Positions 16,899 through 29,791 are shown, numbered from the stretch's first letter. The stretch is 64,000 nt of DNA from Candidatus Dormiibacterota bacterium (GCA_963717185.1 CAVQVY010000027.1:2429-66428); one strand, 5' to 3'. A program made the numbers and translations. Notes: generated by a model from the sequence alone, not told the origin.

Positions 16899-17632
16899 TC
16901 AGGAACCGCTGGTCAGTTCCGGTGGTTTGCCGCCCGGGCCGATCTCGGCCTTGAGCGCGGCCAGTTCCTTGTCGACCTGGGCGGCCGTGCCGGCTTCGTC
17001 GAGCTCCTGCTGGATGTCGTCGGTGTCGCCGCCGACGTCCTCGAGCACGCCCGACTGGAGCAGTTCGTCCAGGGCCCCGGCCCGGGCCTGCATGGTGGCG
17101 ATCTTGTCCTGGGCCCGCTGGAGGTCCGCGCCCGAGTCACCGAACGTGCTGGAGATGCCCGGCGGCGGTCTCGTTCACCGACGTTCTCGGCGCTCGCCGC
17201 CGTGTACTGGGCCTTGAGCACTTCCTTCTGCGTGCGGAAGTTGTTGACCCGCTCCTGCAGGGCGGCCAGGGTCTGCTCCAGCTTCTCCTCCTGCTCGGTG
17301 AGCTGCTGGTGCTGGGTCTCCATCCCGTCGATCTGGGCCTGGGCGGCGGCCTTGCGGGACAGCGCCTCCCGGGCCAGGTCGTCCCGGCCCTGGGCCAGCG
17401 CGACCCGGGCCTGGTCCTGGAGGTGGTCCACCGTGTGCTGGAACTGCTGCTCCTGCAGCTCGATCTGCTTGCGCGACGCGGCGATGTTCACCAGCCCCCG
17501 GCGGACCTGGGTGATCTGGTCGAGCATCTGCTCGTAGGACAGGTCGAGCATCTCGTCCGGCTTCTCGGCCGCGTCGAGCGCCTTGTTGGCCTTGGCCTGG
17601 ATGATGTCGTGGGCCCGCTGGAAGAGGCTCAT
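16899..17632 (-). pseudogene. pspA: PspA/IM30-family (phage shock protein A) gene, frame broken twice within ~25 nt
   Basis: The N-terminus MSLFQRAHDIIQAKANKALDAAEKPDEMLDLSYEQMLDQ... is PspA-like. The C-terminus MQARAGALDELLQSGVLEDVGG... is in another frame (ORF 16899-17093). The bridging peptide VNETAAG and then ISSTFGDSGADLQRAQDKIATMQ can be read only by dropping one base at 17178-17179 and another at 17158-17160. Confidence 0.8.
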
Positions 17633-17706
17633 GCCGGTCTGCTCCTCGTCAGTGGAGTGGAGCTCAAGCTCGCTTGGCCTCGGGCTTGACTTAAAACCGA
17701 CTCTAG

Positions 17707-17948
17707 CGCACGTACTTCGAGTCCGACCTCATGCACCGGCTCGAGTCCGGCGAGTGCAGCCTCGACGAGCTGAGCACCCTGGCCGACATCTGCGACAACA
17801 TGAACGGCAAGTGCTTCTGCCCGCTCGGTGACACCGCGACCTGGTTGTCATGTCCGCCTACAAGGCGTTCTCTGACGAGTTCAAGGCGCACTGCGGCGCG
17901 GGGTCGTGCCCGGTTCGCACCACGAGAGCCCAGCTGGTGACGGCGTAG
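17707..17948 (+). pseudogene. nuoF: 3'-terminal fragment of nuoF (NADH-quinone oxidoreductase subunit F), 5'-truncated and frameshifted
   Basis: Only the C-terminal N3-cluster region is present: ..TYFESDLMHRLESGECSLDELSTLADICDNMNGKCFCPLGDTATW, then in a second frame VMSAYKAFSDEFKAHCGAGSCPVRTTRAQLVTA-stop. An in-frame TAG at 17704 cuts it upstream. The frame switch is at ~17846-17848. Confidence 0.8.
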
Positions 17949-19870
<1,922 letters not shown>

Positions 19871-19874
<4 letters not shown>

Positions 19875-20960
19875 TCGGCAGCTTCTCCGACGTCTTCTCG
19901 GTGGGGAAGGTGGGCGCCGACGGCATCGTGGTGATCCTCATCAAGGCGGTGGTCGTGCTCCTTGCCCTGGCCACCGCCGCGGCGTACCTCACATTCGCCG
20001 AGCGCAAGGTGGCGGCGCGCATCCAACTGCGCATCGGGCCCAACCGGGTCGGTCCCTTCGGGCTGCTGCAACCCGCCGCCGATGCCGTGAAGCTCCTCTT
20101 CAAGGAGAACAGCGCGCCTGCGGGTCGCGACAAGCTGCTGTTCTGGGTGGGCCCCGCGCTCGCCGGCGGCGCGGCCATCTTCGCCTTCGCGGCCATCCCC
20201 ATCAGCGGCCTCACCTGCGTCGGCGGCCAGCAGGTCGGCCTCGGCTGCAACGGGGGGTACGCGCTGCACTGGGACCTCATCCACGTCAACGTCAGCCTGC
20301 TCTTCGTGCTGGCGGTCACCTCCCTCGGTGTGTACTCGCTGTTCCTCGGCGGCTGGTCGGCGAACAGCAAGTACTCGCTGCTCGGCGGCTTGCGCTCCTC
20401 TGCGCAGCTGATCTCGTACGAGATGGCCGTGGCCTTCGCGCTGGTCGGCGCCGTGATCCTCGCCGGCTCGCTCGACCTCGAGAAGATCGTGCTGGCCCAG
20501 CAGGGCCTCTGGTTCGTGGTGATGCAGCCCTTGGCGTTCCTCCTCTACTTCACCGCGGCGCTGGCTGAGACCAACCGCGCGCCGTTCGACCTTCCCGAGG
20601 CTGAGACGGAGCTCGTCGCCGGCTACCACACCGAGTACTCGTCGATGCGCTTCGGTTTCTACTTCCTCGGCGAGTACATCAACATGGTCATCGTCTGCTC
20701 GATCGCCACCCTGGTGTTCCTCGGGGGGTGGTTGCCGCTGCTGCCCTGGATCCACTCGGACTGGCTGGGCGGCCTTGTCGGCGTCGGCCTGGTTCCTCGC
20801 CAAGGTGAGCGCGCTGCTCTTCGTGATGATGTGGCTGCGCTGGACGCTGCCCCGCTTCCGCTACGACCGCCTCATGAACCTCGGCTGGAAGGTGCTGCTG
20901 CCTCTCGGGCTGGTCAACATCGTGGTCACCGGGGCGATCGTCGCCATCCGGGCGTCGTGA
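19871..20960 (+). pseudogene. nuoH: NADH-quinone oxidoreductase subunit H, frame broken once
   Basis: ERKVAARIQLRIGPNRVGPFGLLQPAADAVKLLFKE is the NuoH signature. The C-terminus [38 protein letters not shown] is in ORF 20775-20960. The break is at ~20768-20775. ATG 19871 overlaps the nuoG stop (ATGA). Confidence 0.85.
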
Positions 20961-20970
20961 GGGGGCGGTA

Positions 20971-21597
20971 ATGCTCATCGAGGTCGCCAAGGGACTGGCG
21001 TTCACGCTGCGGACGATGATGCGCAAGCCGCTGACGGTGCGCTGGCCCGAGGAGCAGAAGCCCACCGCCCCACGACACCGCGGTCGCCACATCCTCCATC
21101 GCTACGACAACGGCCTCGAGAAGTGCATCGGCTGCGAGCTGTGCGCCGCGGCCTGCCCGGTCGGCTGCATCTACGTCGGACCCGCTGAGAACGACCCGGC
21201 CAACCCGGTCTCGCCGGGCGAGCGCTACGCCGAGCGGTACGAGATCAACCTGATGCGCTGCATCTACTGCGGCTACTGCGCGGAGGCGTGCCCCACCGAG
21301 GCGATCACGCTGGGCCCGCGGTACGACCTCGCCGACTACCGCCGTGAGCGCACCGTGGTCACCAAGGCGGAGCTCCTCGAGAGCTGGCCGAAGTTCGCGC
21401 AGGCGCGCGGCCCCAACAGCGACGTCGGCGCGGGCGCCGACCAGACCGGCCGCGAGAAGAACGCGTCGGGAGTGAGCCCGCGCGTGGCCTGGGAGCTCGG
21501 CGAGGAGCAGCGCACCGACGTGCCCCATCCCGACGAGTTCGGGGTGCCGTCGCACGTGCCGCGCGTGATCACCCCCGAGGAGGCGGAGCCGCGATGA
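20971..21597 (+). CDS. nuoI: NADH-quinone oxidoreductase subunit I
   Basis: Two 4Fe-4S motifs ([12 protein letters not shown] and [12 protein letters not shown]). The 208-aa product has an acidic/proline-rich C-terminal extension. Confidence 0.9.
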   Translation: MLIEVAKGLAFTLRTMMRKPLTVRWPEEQKPTAPRHRGRHILHRYDNGLEKCIGCELCAAACPVGCIYVGPAENDPANPVSPGERYAERYEINLMRCIYCGYCAEACPTEAITLGPRYDLADYRRERTVVTKAELLESWPKFAQARGPNSDVGAGADQTGREKNASGVSPRVAWELGEEQRTDVPHPDEFGVPSHVPRVITPEEAEPR

Positions 21598-22241
21598 GCG
21601 TGATCATCTGGGTCGCCGGCGTCCTGGCCGCGCTCAGCGCTCTCGGGGTGGTGTTCTCCCCGCAGCCGCTCTACTCCGCGCTCTCGCTGGTGCTCACCAT
21701 CGGCGCGCTGGCCGTGGTCTTCCTGGTGCTCAACGCCCAGTTCCTCTTCGTCGTCCAGCTGATCGTGTACGCCGGGGCGGTGATGGTGCTCTTCGTCTTC
21801 ATCATCGCGCTGCTGTCCCCGGGCGCCGAGGACCGCGTCCGCGTCGACAGCCGCTTCATCATCGGCGCGGTGGTCGCCGTGGGCATCACGGTGGCGATGA
21901 TCGTGGCGGCGCGCAACGGCATCACCTTCGACTCGAACGGCACATTCCGCGGCCAGCAGATCGGCCAGGCGTCCAACCCCTACCACGCGTTCTCCTTCGA
22001 CCAGGGCGACCAGGGGCTGGTCAACAACGCCGGCAACGTGCAGACCGTCGGCGGTCAGCTCTTCACCACGTTCCTGCTGCCCTTCGAGATCACCTCGCTG
22101 CTGCTCCTGGTGGCGGCGGTCGGCGCCGTGTACCTGACCCGGCGCGGCCGGGGCCACACCGAGCGGATCATGCGTGAGCCGGCGCTGACGCGGACGCCGA
22201 CCGTCCTCGAAGAGGAGCGCATCGAGGTCGAGGTGGGATGA
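21594..22241 (+). CDS. nuoJ: NADH-quinone oxidoreductase subunit J
   Basis: 215-aa polytopic membrane ORF in the nuoJ position. Its start overlaps the nuoI stop. Confidence 0.85.
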   Translation: MSVIIWVAGVLAALSALGVVFSPQPLYSALSLVLTIGALAVVFLVLNAQFLFVVQLIVYAGAVMVLFVFIIALLSPGAEDRVRVDSRFIIGAVVAVGITVAMIVAARNGITFDSNGTFRGQQIGQASNPYHAFSFDQGDQGLVNNAGNVQTVGGQLFTTFLLPFEITSLLLLVAAVGAVYLTRRGRGHTERIMREPALTRTPTVLEEERIEVEVG

Positions 22242-22549
22242 GCGCGAGCGGCAACTTCCCGTTCCTGCTCGGCCTCGCGGCGTTCCTGTTCAGCGTGGGC
22301 GCGCTCGGCGTGCTGATCCGGCGCAACCCCATCGTCGTGTTCATGTCCATCGAGCTGATGCTCAACGCCGTCAACATCGTCTTCGTCGCCTACGGCCGGT
22401 TCCTCAACAGCGAGGAGGGCCAGGTCTTCGCGTTCATGGTCATCGTGGTCGCCGCCGCCGAGGTGGTGGTGGGCCTGGCGCTGATCACCCAGGTGTTCCA
22501 CCTCGGGCGCGAGCTCGACGTGGACGACCTCGACGAGATGAGCGATTGA
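22238..22549 (+). CDS. nuoK: NADH-quinone oxidoreductase subunit K
   Basis: 103-aa ORF with three TM helices ([15 protein letters not shown]...[12 protein letters not shown]). Overlaps both neighbours. Confidence 0.9.
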   Translation: MSASGNFPFLLGLAAFLFSVGALGVLIRRNPIVVFMSIELMLNAVNIVFVAYGRFLNSEEGQVFAFMVIVVAAAEVVVGLALITQVFHLGRELDVDDLDEMSD

Positions 22550-24514
22550 ACACGACCACTGTCGCGGTGTACGGATCGCTGATCCTGCTGCTCCCGCTGG
22601 CGGGGGCGCTGCATCAACGCGCTTGCCGGGCCGAGGCTGCCGCGCAGCGCGGTCAACCTGGTCGGCACCGTCAGCATCTTCGCGGCATTCGTGGTGGCCT
22701 GCCTGATGCTCGGGCAGGTCGTGGGCGCGCCGGCCGGCGCCAAGTCGGCGACCGTCCACCTCTGGCAGTGGATCGACCTCGGCAAGGGCAGCCTCTCCGT
22801 CGGGGTCGACCTCACGCTCGACCCGCTCAGCGCGGTGATGATCATGGTGATCACCGGCGTGGGCTTCCTCATCCACGTGTACTCGGTCGGATACATGGCC
22901 GAGGACCGCGGCATCGCGCGGTTCTTCAGCTACATGAACCTGTTCATCTTCTCGATGCTGGTTCTCGTCCTGGCCGCCGACCTGCTGATCCTCATCATCG
23001 GCTGGGCGCTGGTCGCGCTGAGCAGCTACCTGCTCATCGGCTTCTGGTACGAGCGGCCCAGCGCGGTGCTGGCGGCGCGGAAGGCGTTCATCACGCAGGT
23101 CATCGGCGACGTCGCCCTGGTCATCGCCGCCTTCCTGATCGTCCTCAAGGTGGGCACGCTGCAGCATTCCCGGCATCTTCGCGTCGGCCGGCTCGTTCCC
23201 GGCCAGTGGGCTGCTCATCACCGGGATCTGCTCGCTGCTGGCCATCGGGGCCTTCGCCAAGAGCGCCCAGTTCCCGCTGCACACGTGGCTGCCCGACGCC
23301 ATGGAGGGTCCCACCCCGGTGTCGGCGCTCATCCACGCCGCCACCATGGTGACCGCGGGGGTGTACCTGATCGCGCGTTTCCACCCGCTCTTCGACCGCG
23401 CCCCGGTGGCCCAGGGAATGGTGGCGTGCGTCGGCATCGGCACCGCGGTGATGGCAGGCGTGATCGCGCTCAGCCAGGTCGACATCAAGCGGGTGATCGC
23501 GTACTCGACGATGTCGCAGATCGGGCTGATGATCTTCGCCGTCGGCATCGGCGCGTACTCGGCGGCGATGTACCACTTCGCTGCGCACGCGGTGTTCAAG
23601 GCGCTGCTCTTCATGGCCGCCGGCAACGTCATCCACGCGCTCCACGACGAGCAGGACATCCGCCTCATGGGAGGGGTGGCCGCCAAGATGAGGCGCACCG
23701 AACTCTGCTTCCTGAGCGGGACGTTCGCGCTGGCGGGGATCCCGTTCTTCGTCGGCTTCTTCAGCAAGGAGGGCCTGCTCGGTTTCGGGCTGACCAACGG
23801 CCCGGGTGCGGTGCCCTGGGTGCTCTACCTCGTCGGGCTCGGCATCAACGTGCTCACCGGCCTGTACGCGTTCCGGCTCTGGGCCACCGTCTTCCGCGGC
23901 GAACCGCAGACGGCGCGGGTGTACGCCGCCCACGAGGCGCCGCCGGTGATGCTCCTGCCCGTACAGATCCTCGCGGTGCTCAGCGCCGGCCTCGGTCTGG
24001 TGCTCGGTGTGTGGGCGCTGCTGATCCATGACAACGTGCTGATCGGTGTCTTCACCCGCTTCCTGTCGCCGGTGTTCACGACCGCCAGCTCGGTCCGATC
24101 GCAGTCGACCTCGTCGCCTGGCAGGCGGTGGTGGCGGGCATCGCCGGCACGCTCGCGTCCCTGCTGGGGGCCGGGCTGGCGGCGCGGATGTGGCTGCAGC
24201 GCAGCCCGGACCCGGCCGCCGTGGTCGAGCGGCTGCCGCGGGCCCTGCCGCAGCTCTCCTACAACAAGTTCTACTTCGACGAGCTCTACGACGCGCTGCT
24301 GGTGCGGCCGACGATCGCGCTGGCGCGCACCATGCGCAAGGTCGTGGAGCCCCGCGCCATGGATGGTTGGGTGCGCGCGGTGGCCGACGCCTGCTCGGAG
24401 CTGGGCGCCTGGGCCCGCGACTACCAGACCGGGCTGATCCGCGACTACGCCTCGTACATGATCGCGGCGGCGGGCGTGTTCGTGGTGGCCACGATCGTGC
24501 TGGTGTCGCGATGA
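22546..24514 (+). pseudogene. nuoL: NADH-quinone oxidoreductase subunit L, frame broken at three sites
   Basis: Antiporter-like subunit with motifs SYLLIGFWY, KSAQFPLHTWLPDAMEGPTPVSALIHAATMVTAG and SQIGLM. It is spread over ORFs 22546-, 22691-, 23301- and 24128-24514. Breaks lie at ~22609-22613, ~23160-23166 and ~24079-24081. Confidence 0.85.
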
Positions 24515-26075
24515 ACATCCCCTGGCTGACCGTGGTCCTGGCGCTGCCGCTGGGCGCGTCACTGCTGCTCCAGCTGATCCCACGCAGCGCGGTGAGCGCG
24601 CTCAAGGCGTTCACCATCGCCGCGACCCTGGCCACCGCCGTCCTCGTCTGGGTGCTGGTGGCGACGATGAGCGGCAGCGCCGTCTCCCGGGCCCGCTGGG
24701 CTTCCACTACGAGGAGATCCACAGCTGGATCCCGGCGATCGGCGCGGGCTACCACCTCGGTCTGGATGGGATCTCGGCGTGGATCCTCGCGCTCAACGCC
24801 GGCGTCTTCCTTCTCGGCGCGCTGATCGTCTCGCGGCGCAGCACCGACCGGCTCAAGCTGTTCTGCGGGCTGCTGCTGCTCACCGAGACCATGACCGCCG
24901 GGGTGCTGCTCAGCCTCGACCTGCTGCTCTTCTACCTCTTCTGGGAAGGGATGCTGATCCCGCTGTATTTCATCCTCGCCAACTACGGTAACGAGAACCG
25001 TGGCCGCGCCACCCTGAAGTTCATCATCTACACCGTCGCCGGCAGCCTGCTGATGCTGGTGGCGATCATCGGCCTGCAGTTCGCCAGCGGCCGCGGCTCC
25101 TTCGACCTCACCCAGCTCCTCGGCGGGCAGATGTCGCGCACGCCGCTGGTCATCCCCGGGCTCAACATCAGCACGTTCAGCCCCGAACAATGGGCGTTCC
25201 TGGCGTTCGCCGCCGCGTTCGCAATCAAGATCCCGATCGTGCCGTTCCACACGTGGCTGCCGGACCTCTACGAGTCGGCGCCGGTGCCGGTGCTGATGTT
25301 CTTTGCGGGGCTGGTCAGCAAGCTGGGCGCTTACGGCTTCATCCGCTTCGGCCTGACCCTGTTCCCCGATGCGATCAACACCTTCAAGTGGCTGCTCGCG
25401 GCGCTCGCGGTGCTGAGCATCATCTACGGCGCGCTGATGGCGCTGAGCGAGACCGACCTCAAGCGGATCGTCGCCTACTCGAGCATCAGCCACCTCGGCT
25501 TCATCTCGCTCGGCATCTTCACCCTGACCACCAACGGGGTCAACGGCGCGGTGATCCAGATCGTCAACCACGGGATCATCATCACCGCGCTCTTCATCAT
25601 CGTCGGCATCGTCGAGGAGCGCACCGGCACGCGCGACATCCGTGAGCTGTCCGGGCTGGAGAAGCGAATGCCGTGGCTCTACGCCCTCTTCCTGGTGGCC
25701 ACACTGGCCGGGCTCGGCATGCCCGGGATGAACTCGTTCGCCGGCGAGTTCACCATCATGCTCGGCGCATTCCAGCTGCACCCCGCGTACGCGGTTCTTG
25801 CCGGGGTCGGGGTGGTGCTCGCCTGCTGGTACATGCTGCGCCTGCACCAGGGGCTGATGCATGACCCACCGCAACCGCGCACCGAGGGAGTGCGCGACGT
25901 CAGGCTCAGCCAGGCCCTGGTGCTGCTGCCGCTGACCGCGCTGATGGTGCTGCTCGGGGTCTTCCCACGGCCGGTCGGGGACATCGCGAAACCGAGCGTC
26001 CAGCAGTCGGTGGCCGTTGCCAACGGGTCGGTCAGCCCGACCGCGCTCACCAGCGTGCCGGGGGGAGGACCGTGA
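24511..26075 (+). pseudogene. nuoM: NADH-quinone oxidoreductase subunit M, frame broken once
   Basis: The N-terminus MNIPWLTVVLALPLGASLLLQLIP is in one frame. The remainder (GFHYEEIHSWIPAIGAGYHLGLDGIS...FYLFWEGMLIPLYFIL...KIPIVPFHTWLPD) is in another. The break is at the CCC run 24686-24688. Confidence 0.85.
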
Positions 26076-27601
26076 CCGCGCTGGCGGCACTCCCGCCACT
26101 CACCACGCCCAGCGGCGTCGACATCCTCGGCATCCTGCCCGAGATCATCCTCGGCGTCGGCTTCGTCACGCTGTTGCTGCTCGACCTGGTCACCACCGCC
26201 TCGCATCGCGGCTGGCTGGCGGGGTTCAGCCTGGTTGCTGTCGCCGCATCCTTCGGCTCCACCGTGTGGGGCTGGTTCGACACCGCCACGCCGCACACTG
26301 TGTACTTCGGCTCGTTCGCCTACGACCGTTTCGGCCTGTTCATCAACGCGATCATCCTGGTGAGCACGGCGTTGGTGCTGATGATCAGCCCGCAGTACCT
26401 CAACCGGCGTGGCCTGCACTACGGCGAGTACTACTCGCTGATCCTGGCCGCGGCGACGGGGATGATGCTCCTCGCAGGGGCGAGCAGCCTGATGGTCATC
26501 TTCCTCGCCATCGAGCTGCTCTCCATCGCGCTGTACATCCTCAGCGGCTTCAGCCGCCACGAGCCGCGCTCGCAGGAGGCGGCGCTGAAGTACCTGCTGC
26601 TCGGCGGCTTTGCGTCGGGGTTCCTGCTGTTCGGGATGGCGCTCATCTACGGCGAGACCGGGCACACGCAGCTGACCCAGATCGCAGCGGCGCTGCAGAG
26701 CTCGGGCAACACCGTGGACCCGCTCCTGATGGCGGGCATCGCCCTGCTCTTCGTCGGGCTCGCGTTCAAGATCAGCGCCGCTCCGTTCCACACCTGGACG
26801 CCCGACGTGTACCAGGGTGCACCGACGTCGGTCACCACCTTCATGAGCGTGACCACCAAGGTGGCCGCGTTCGCCGCGCTGATCCGCGTGTTCACGTACA
26901 CGCTGGGTGAGACCACGGTGTACGACCGCTGGAAGATCATGGTGTACTTCGTGGCGATCGCCTCGATGGTGATCGGCAACGTCGCCGCCCTGCGGCAGAC
27001 CAGCCTGAAGAGGATGCTCGGGTACTCGGGCATCGCCCAGGCCGGCTACATCCTCATCGGCGTCGTCGTGCCACCGATCGACGCGCAGGGCCAGGTGAAC
27101 GCGCTGGGCACCATCTCGTCGCTGTACTACCTGGCCGCGTACGCGGTCACCAACATCGGCGCCTTTGCGGTGATCACCATCATGGCCGGCCGCGGCGAGG
27201 ACATGGACAGCTACGACAGCCTGCGTGGCCTCGCGTTCCGCAGACCGTACGTGGCCGCCGCGATGGGCCTGTTCCTGCTCTCGCTGGGTGGATTCCCGCC
27301 GACGGCCGGGTTCTTCGCCAAGTTCTTCGTCTTCGCCGCCGCCATCCATGCCCACGAGCTGCCACTGGCCCTGTGGGGGATCGCCACCAGCGCGATCTCC
27401 GTCTTCTACTACCTGCGCGTGGCGCTGCTGATGTACACGCGGCCGCGCCCGGACCAGGCGCCGTACAACTGGTCGCGCACCTCCCTCGCCGGCGGCGGGG
27501 TGCTGCTGCTCACCGGGGCCGGGACGCTGGTGCTGGGCATCTTCGTCACCCTGGTCTGGAACGTCGCGGTGGCGGCTCAGCACGGCATCCTGCCGTCCTG
27601 A
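26072..27601 (+). CDS. nuoN: NADH-quinone oxidoreductase subunit N
   Basis: Intact 509-aa ORF with FKISAAPFHTWTPDVYQGAPT and SIALYILSGF. Its start overlaps the nuoM stop. Confidence 0.9.
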   Translation: MTALAALPPLTTPSGVDILGILPEIILGVGFVTLLLLDLVTTASHRGWLAGFSLVAVAASFGSTVWGWFDTATPHTVYFGSFAYDRFGLFINAIILVSTALVLMISPQYLNRRGLHYGEYYSLILAAATGMMLLAGASSLMVIFLAIELLSIALYILSGFSRHEPRSQEAALKYLLLGGFASGFLLFGMALIYGETGHTQLTQIAAALQSSGNTVDPLLMAGIALLFVGLAFKISAAPFHTWTPDVYQGAPTSVTTFMSVTTKVAAFAALIRVFTYTLGETTVYDRWKIMVYFVAIASMVIGNVAALRQTSLKRMLGYSGIAQAGYILIGVVVPPIDAQGQVNALGTISSLYYLAAYAVTNIGAFAVITIMAGRGEDMDSYDSLRGLAFRRPYVAAAMGLFLLSLGGFPPTAGFFAKFFVFAAAIHAHELPLALWGIATSAISVFYYLRVALLMYTRPRPDQAPYNWSRTSLAGGGVLLLTGAGTLVLGIFVTLVWNVAVAAQHGILPS

Positions 27602-27680
27602 TCACAGCTCGTCGGGCCCGCGGGAGAGACGGTGACCGCGCGCGGCGTGAGTTCACACCGCCGTCATAGAACTCGGCGCC

Positions 27681-28298
27681 GTGGAGGATGCGCTGCGCCG
27701 TCAGCTCGCCGCCGCCGTGGGCACCAGCGGCATGGTGTTCCTCGGCAACGTCGTGCACCCCGCCAACACGGTCCAGCTGCGCGAGGTGCTGGCCGCGTGC
27801 TCCGCCGCGGGTGTCGCCGTCGCGCCGAAGGGGTCGCAGCAGGCGGCCGGCGCGCACCGTGGTGGTCGGACGCCGACAACCTCGACACCATCCGTCTCGA
27901 TCCCACCGCTCTGCTGATGCACGCGGGCGCGGCGGCGTCGTGGGTGGCGGTGCGCGAGGCGGCCGGCGCGCGCCGCCTGGCGGTGAGCGGCCTGCCGTCC
28001 GTGCGCAGCGAGCGCGTCGGCGAGTCGGTCGCGCTCGGGGAGATCGCTCGCCGGACCTGGCGGGGGTGGGGCTGTCACCCCGGGCGGCGAGCTGATCGCC
28101 GCCGGAGGACGCACCCTCAAGGACGTCGTCGGCTACGACCTCGCCGGCCTCGCGCTCGGCGGCGGCCAGCGACTCGGGTTGATCATGGCGGTGACCCTGA
28201 GGCTCGACCCGGCCGGCGCCCGGGTGCCCGCACAACCCGGCCTCGGTCCCTGGCGAGGCGACGACCCGGTCGACGTCGCCTCAGCGTTCGCGGGCTGA
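27681..28298 (+). pseudogene. FAD-binding PCMH-type oxidase remnant (GlcE-like), multiple frame breaks
   Basis: Readable only by joining three frames. The pieces are VVHPANTVQLREVLAACSAAGVAVAPKGS, then DADNLDTIRLDPTALLMHAGAAASWVAVREAAGARRLAVSGLPS, then VTPGGELIAAGGRTLKDVVGYDLAGLALGGGQRLGLIMAVTLRL. At least four indels are needed, at ~27850-27870 and ~28050-28075. Confidence 0.5.
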
Positions 28299-28306
28299 CC
28301 CCGGGT

Positions 28307-28969
28307 TCAGGCGACGTCGCCGGCTTCGGACGGATCGCTGTCCGCCAGCTCGGTCGCATCGGTGCTGGGGGGACGGTAGACGGTGCTGGTGAGCATGCCG
28401 TCGACGTAGTCGAGCTCGAGCATGCCGCCCTTGGCGCACTGCAGCCGATGCAGCGCCCAGGCGGGGCGTCCCTCGCTGCGCACCCAGAACGCCTGGATGG
28501 GGTCGCCATGGCTGACGCAGATGCCGCCGTCGTCGGGATGGTCCGCGAGCAGGCGCCGGATCGGGCGCTCGACGCGCTTCGCCATGTCGCTGACGCGCTC
28601 GTCATTGGGGAGCAACCCCGGCCAGACCATGTGGACCAGCCAGAGCGGCCGCCGCCACGGGACGTGGGAGGGGCGCACTCCCTGGAGATAGCGGCCGAAG
28701 CGGGCTTCGACGAGGTCGTCGGTGAGCGCGATGGTCGAGCCGGGGAGGTGGCTGCTGATGATCTCAGCCGTCTGGACCGCGCGCTCGAGCGGGCTGCTGT
28801 AGATCTGGCGGGCGTCGGTGGTGGCCAGGTAGCGGCCCAGCGCATGCGCCTGCCCCACGCCCTTGTCGCTGAGCGGGAAGTCGGGGAGGTGCCCGTAGAG
28901 GACCCCGCGGGGATTGCGGACGTCGCAGTGCCGGACCAGGTGGACGCGGGTGGACGTTTGGTGGGGCAC
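28307..28969 (-). CDS. Histidine phosphatase (phosphoglycerate-mutase-like) family protein
   Basis: 220-aa ORF with VHLVRHCDVRNP...LSDKGVGQA...SSPLERAVQTAE...VSHGDPI. The usual RHG triad reads RHC here. Confidence 0.8.
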   Translation of the reverse strand: MPHQTSTRVHLVRHCDVRNPRGVLYGHLPDFPLSDKGVGQAHALGRYLATTDARQIYSSPLERAVQTAEIISSHLPGSTIALTDDLVEARFGRYLQGVRPSHVPWRRPLWLVHMVWPGLLPNDERVSDMAKRVERPIRRLLADHPDDGGICVSHGDPIQAFWVRSEGRPAWALHRLQCAKGGMLELDYVDGMLTSTVYRPPSTDATELADSDPSEAGDVA

Positions 28970-29016
28970 GCTTCGATGCTACGAGATCGGCATACGGGCG
29001 GCGCTACCCTTGGCGC

Positions 29017-29781
29017 GTGCCAGACCAGCCATGGCGCCAGTGGGACGGCGCGATCTACGACCGCGTCGCCGACCCGCAGACCCGCTGGGGCGCCGCGGTC
29101 CTGGAACGCCTCGAGCTGCGCGGCGACGAGACCGTGCTCGACTGCGGCTGCGGCAGCGGCCGGGTGACCGAGCAACTGCTGGCGCGGCTGCCGGCCGGCC
29201 GGGTGGTGGCGCTCGACGCCTCACGCAGCATGCTCGACCAGGCCCGGCGCCGGCTCGCGCACGCTGTCGAGCGGGTGACATTCGTCGAGGCCGACCTGCT
29301 GCGGCTCTCGCCGGCCACGCTCGGCGACGACGCGCCGGTCGACGCGGTGTTCTCGAGCGCCACGTTCCACTGGGTGCCCGACCACCCGTTGCTCTTCGCA
29401 AACCTCGCAGGCGTGATGCGCCCAGGCGGTCAGCTGTCCGCGCAGTGCGGGGCCGAGGACAACATCTCCGAGTTACTCGCGGTGGCGCGACAGGTCGGTC
29501 TCGACAGCCACGGCGCGCGCGAGTTCGCCTCGCCCGAGGTGACCCGCGAGCGACTCGAGGCAGCGGGTTTCGAGGATGTGCGGGTATGGACGCACAAGGA
29601 GCCCACGAGCTTCGACGACGAGGCGCAGCTGACAGAGTTCCTTGGCGCTGTCTGTTTCGGCGAGGTGCTCGAGGGGATGGACGACGAGGACCGCGCGGCG
29701 CTGCTGCGCGACGTCGTCGACGCGATGCCGCAACCGGTGATCGACTACGTGCGCCTCAACATGGTCGCCCGGCGGGCCTGA
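29017..29781 (+). CDS. Class I SAM-dependent methyltransferase (trans-aconitate-methyltransferase-like)
   Basis: VLDCGCGSGRVTEQL motif I, VVALDAS, and an FHWVPDH-type motif. Confidence 0.8.
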   Translation: MPDQPWRQWDGAIYDRVADPQTRWGAAVLERLELRGDETVLDCGCGSGRVTEQLLARLPAGRVVALDASRSMLDQARRRLAHAVERVTFVEADLLRLSPATLGDDAPVDAVFSSATFHWVPDHPLLFANLAGVMRPGGQLSAQCGAEDNISELLAVARQVGLDSHGAREFASPEVTRERLEAAGFEDVRVWTHKEPTSFDDEAQLTEFLGAVCFGEVLEGMDDEDRAALLRDVVDAMPQPVIDYVRLNMVARRA

Positions 29782-29791
29782 TGCGCATGAG

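Noticed and set aside
17633-17760. A mobile element or phage/integrative junction at the nuoF truncation point.
   Set aside because: No transposase, integrase or recombinase ORF is present. No terminal inverted repeats or target-site duplication were visible by eye within ~150 nt on either side.
27632-29175. ORFs of 511 aa (27632-29167, +) and 330 aa (28183-29175, -) spanning the FAD-oxidase remnant and the histidine phosphatase gene.
   Set aside because: They have the same low-complexity composition. They cut across a well-supported minus-strand histidine-phosphatase ORF and across the frame-hopping oxidase remnant. There is no independent motif support.
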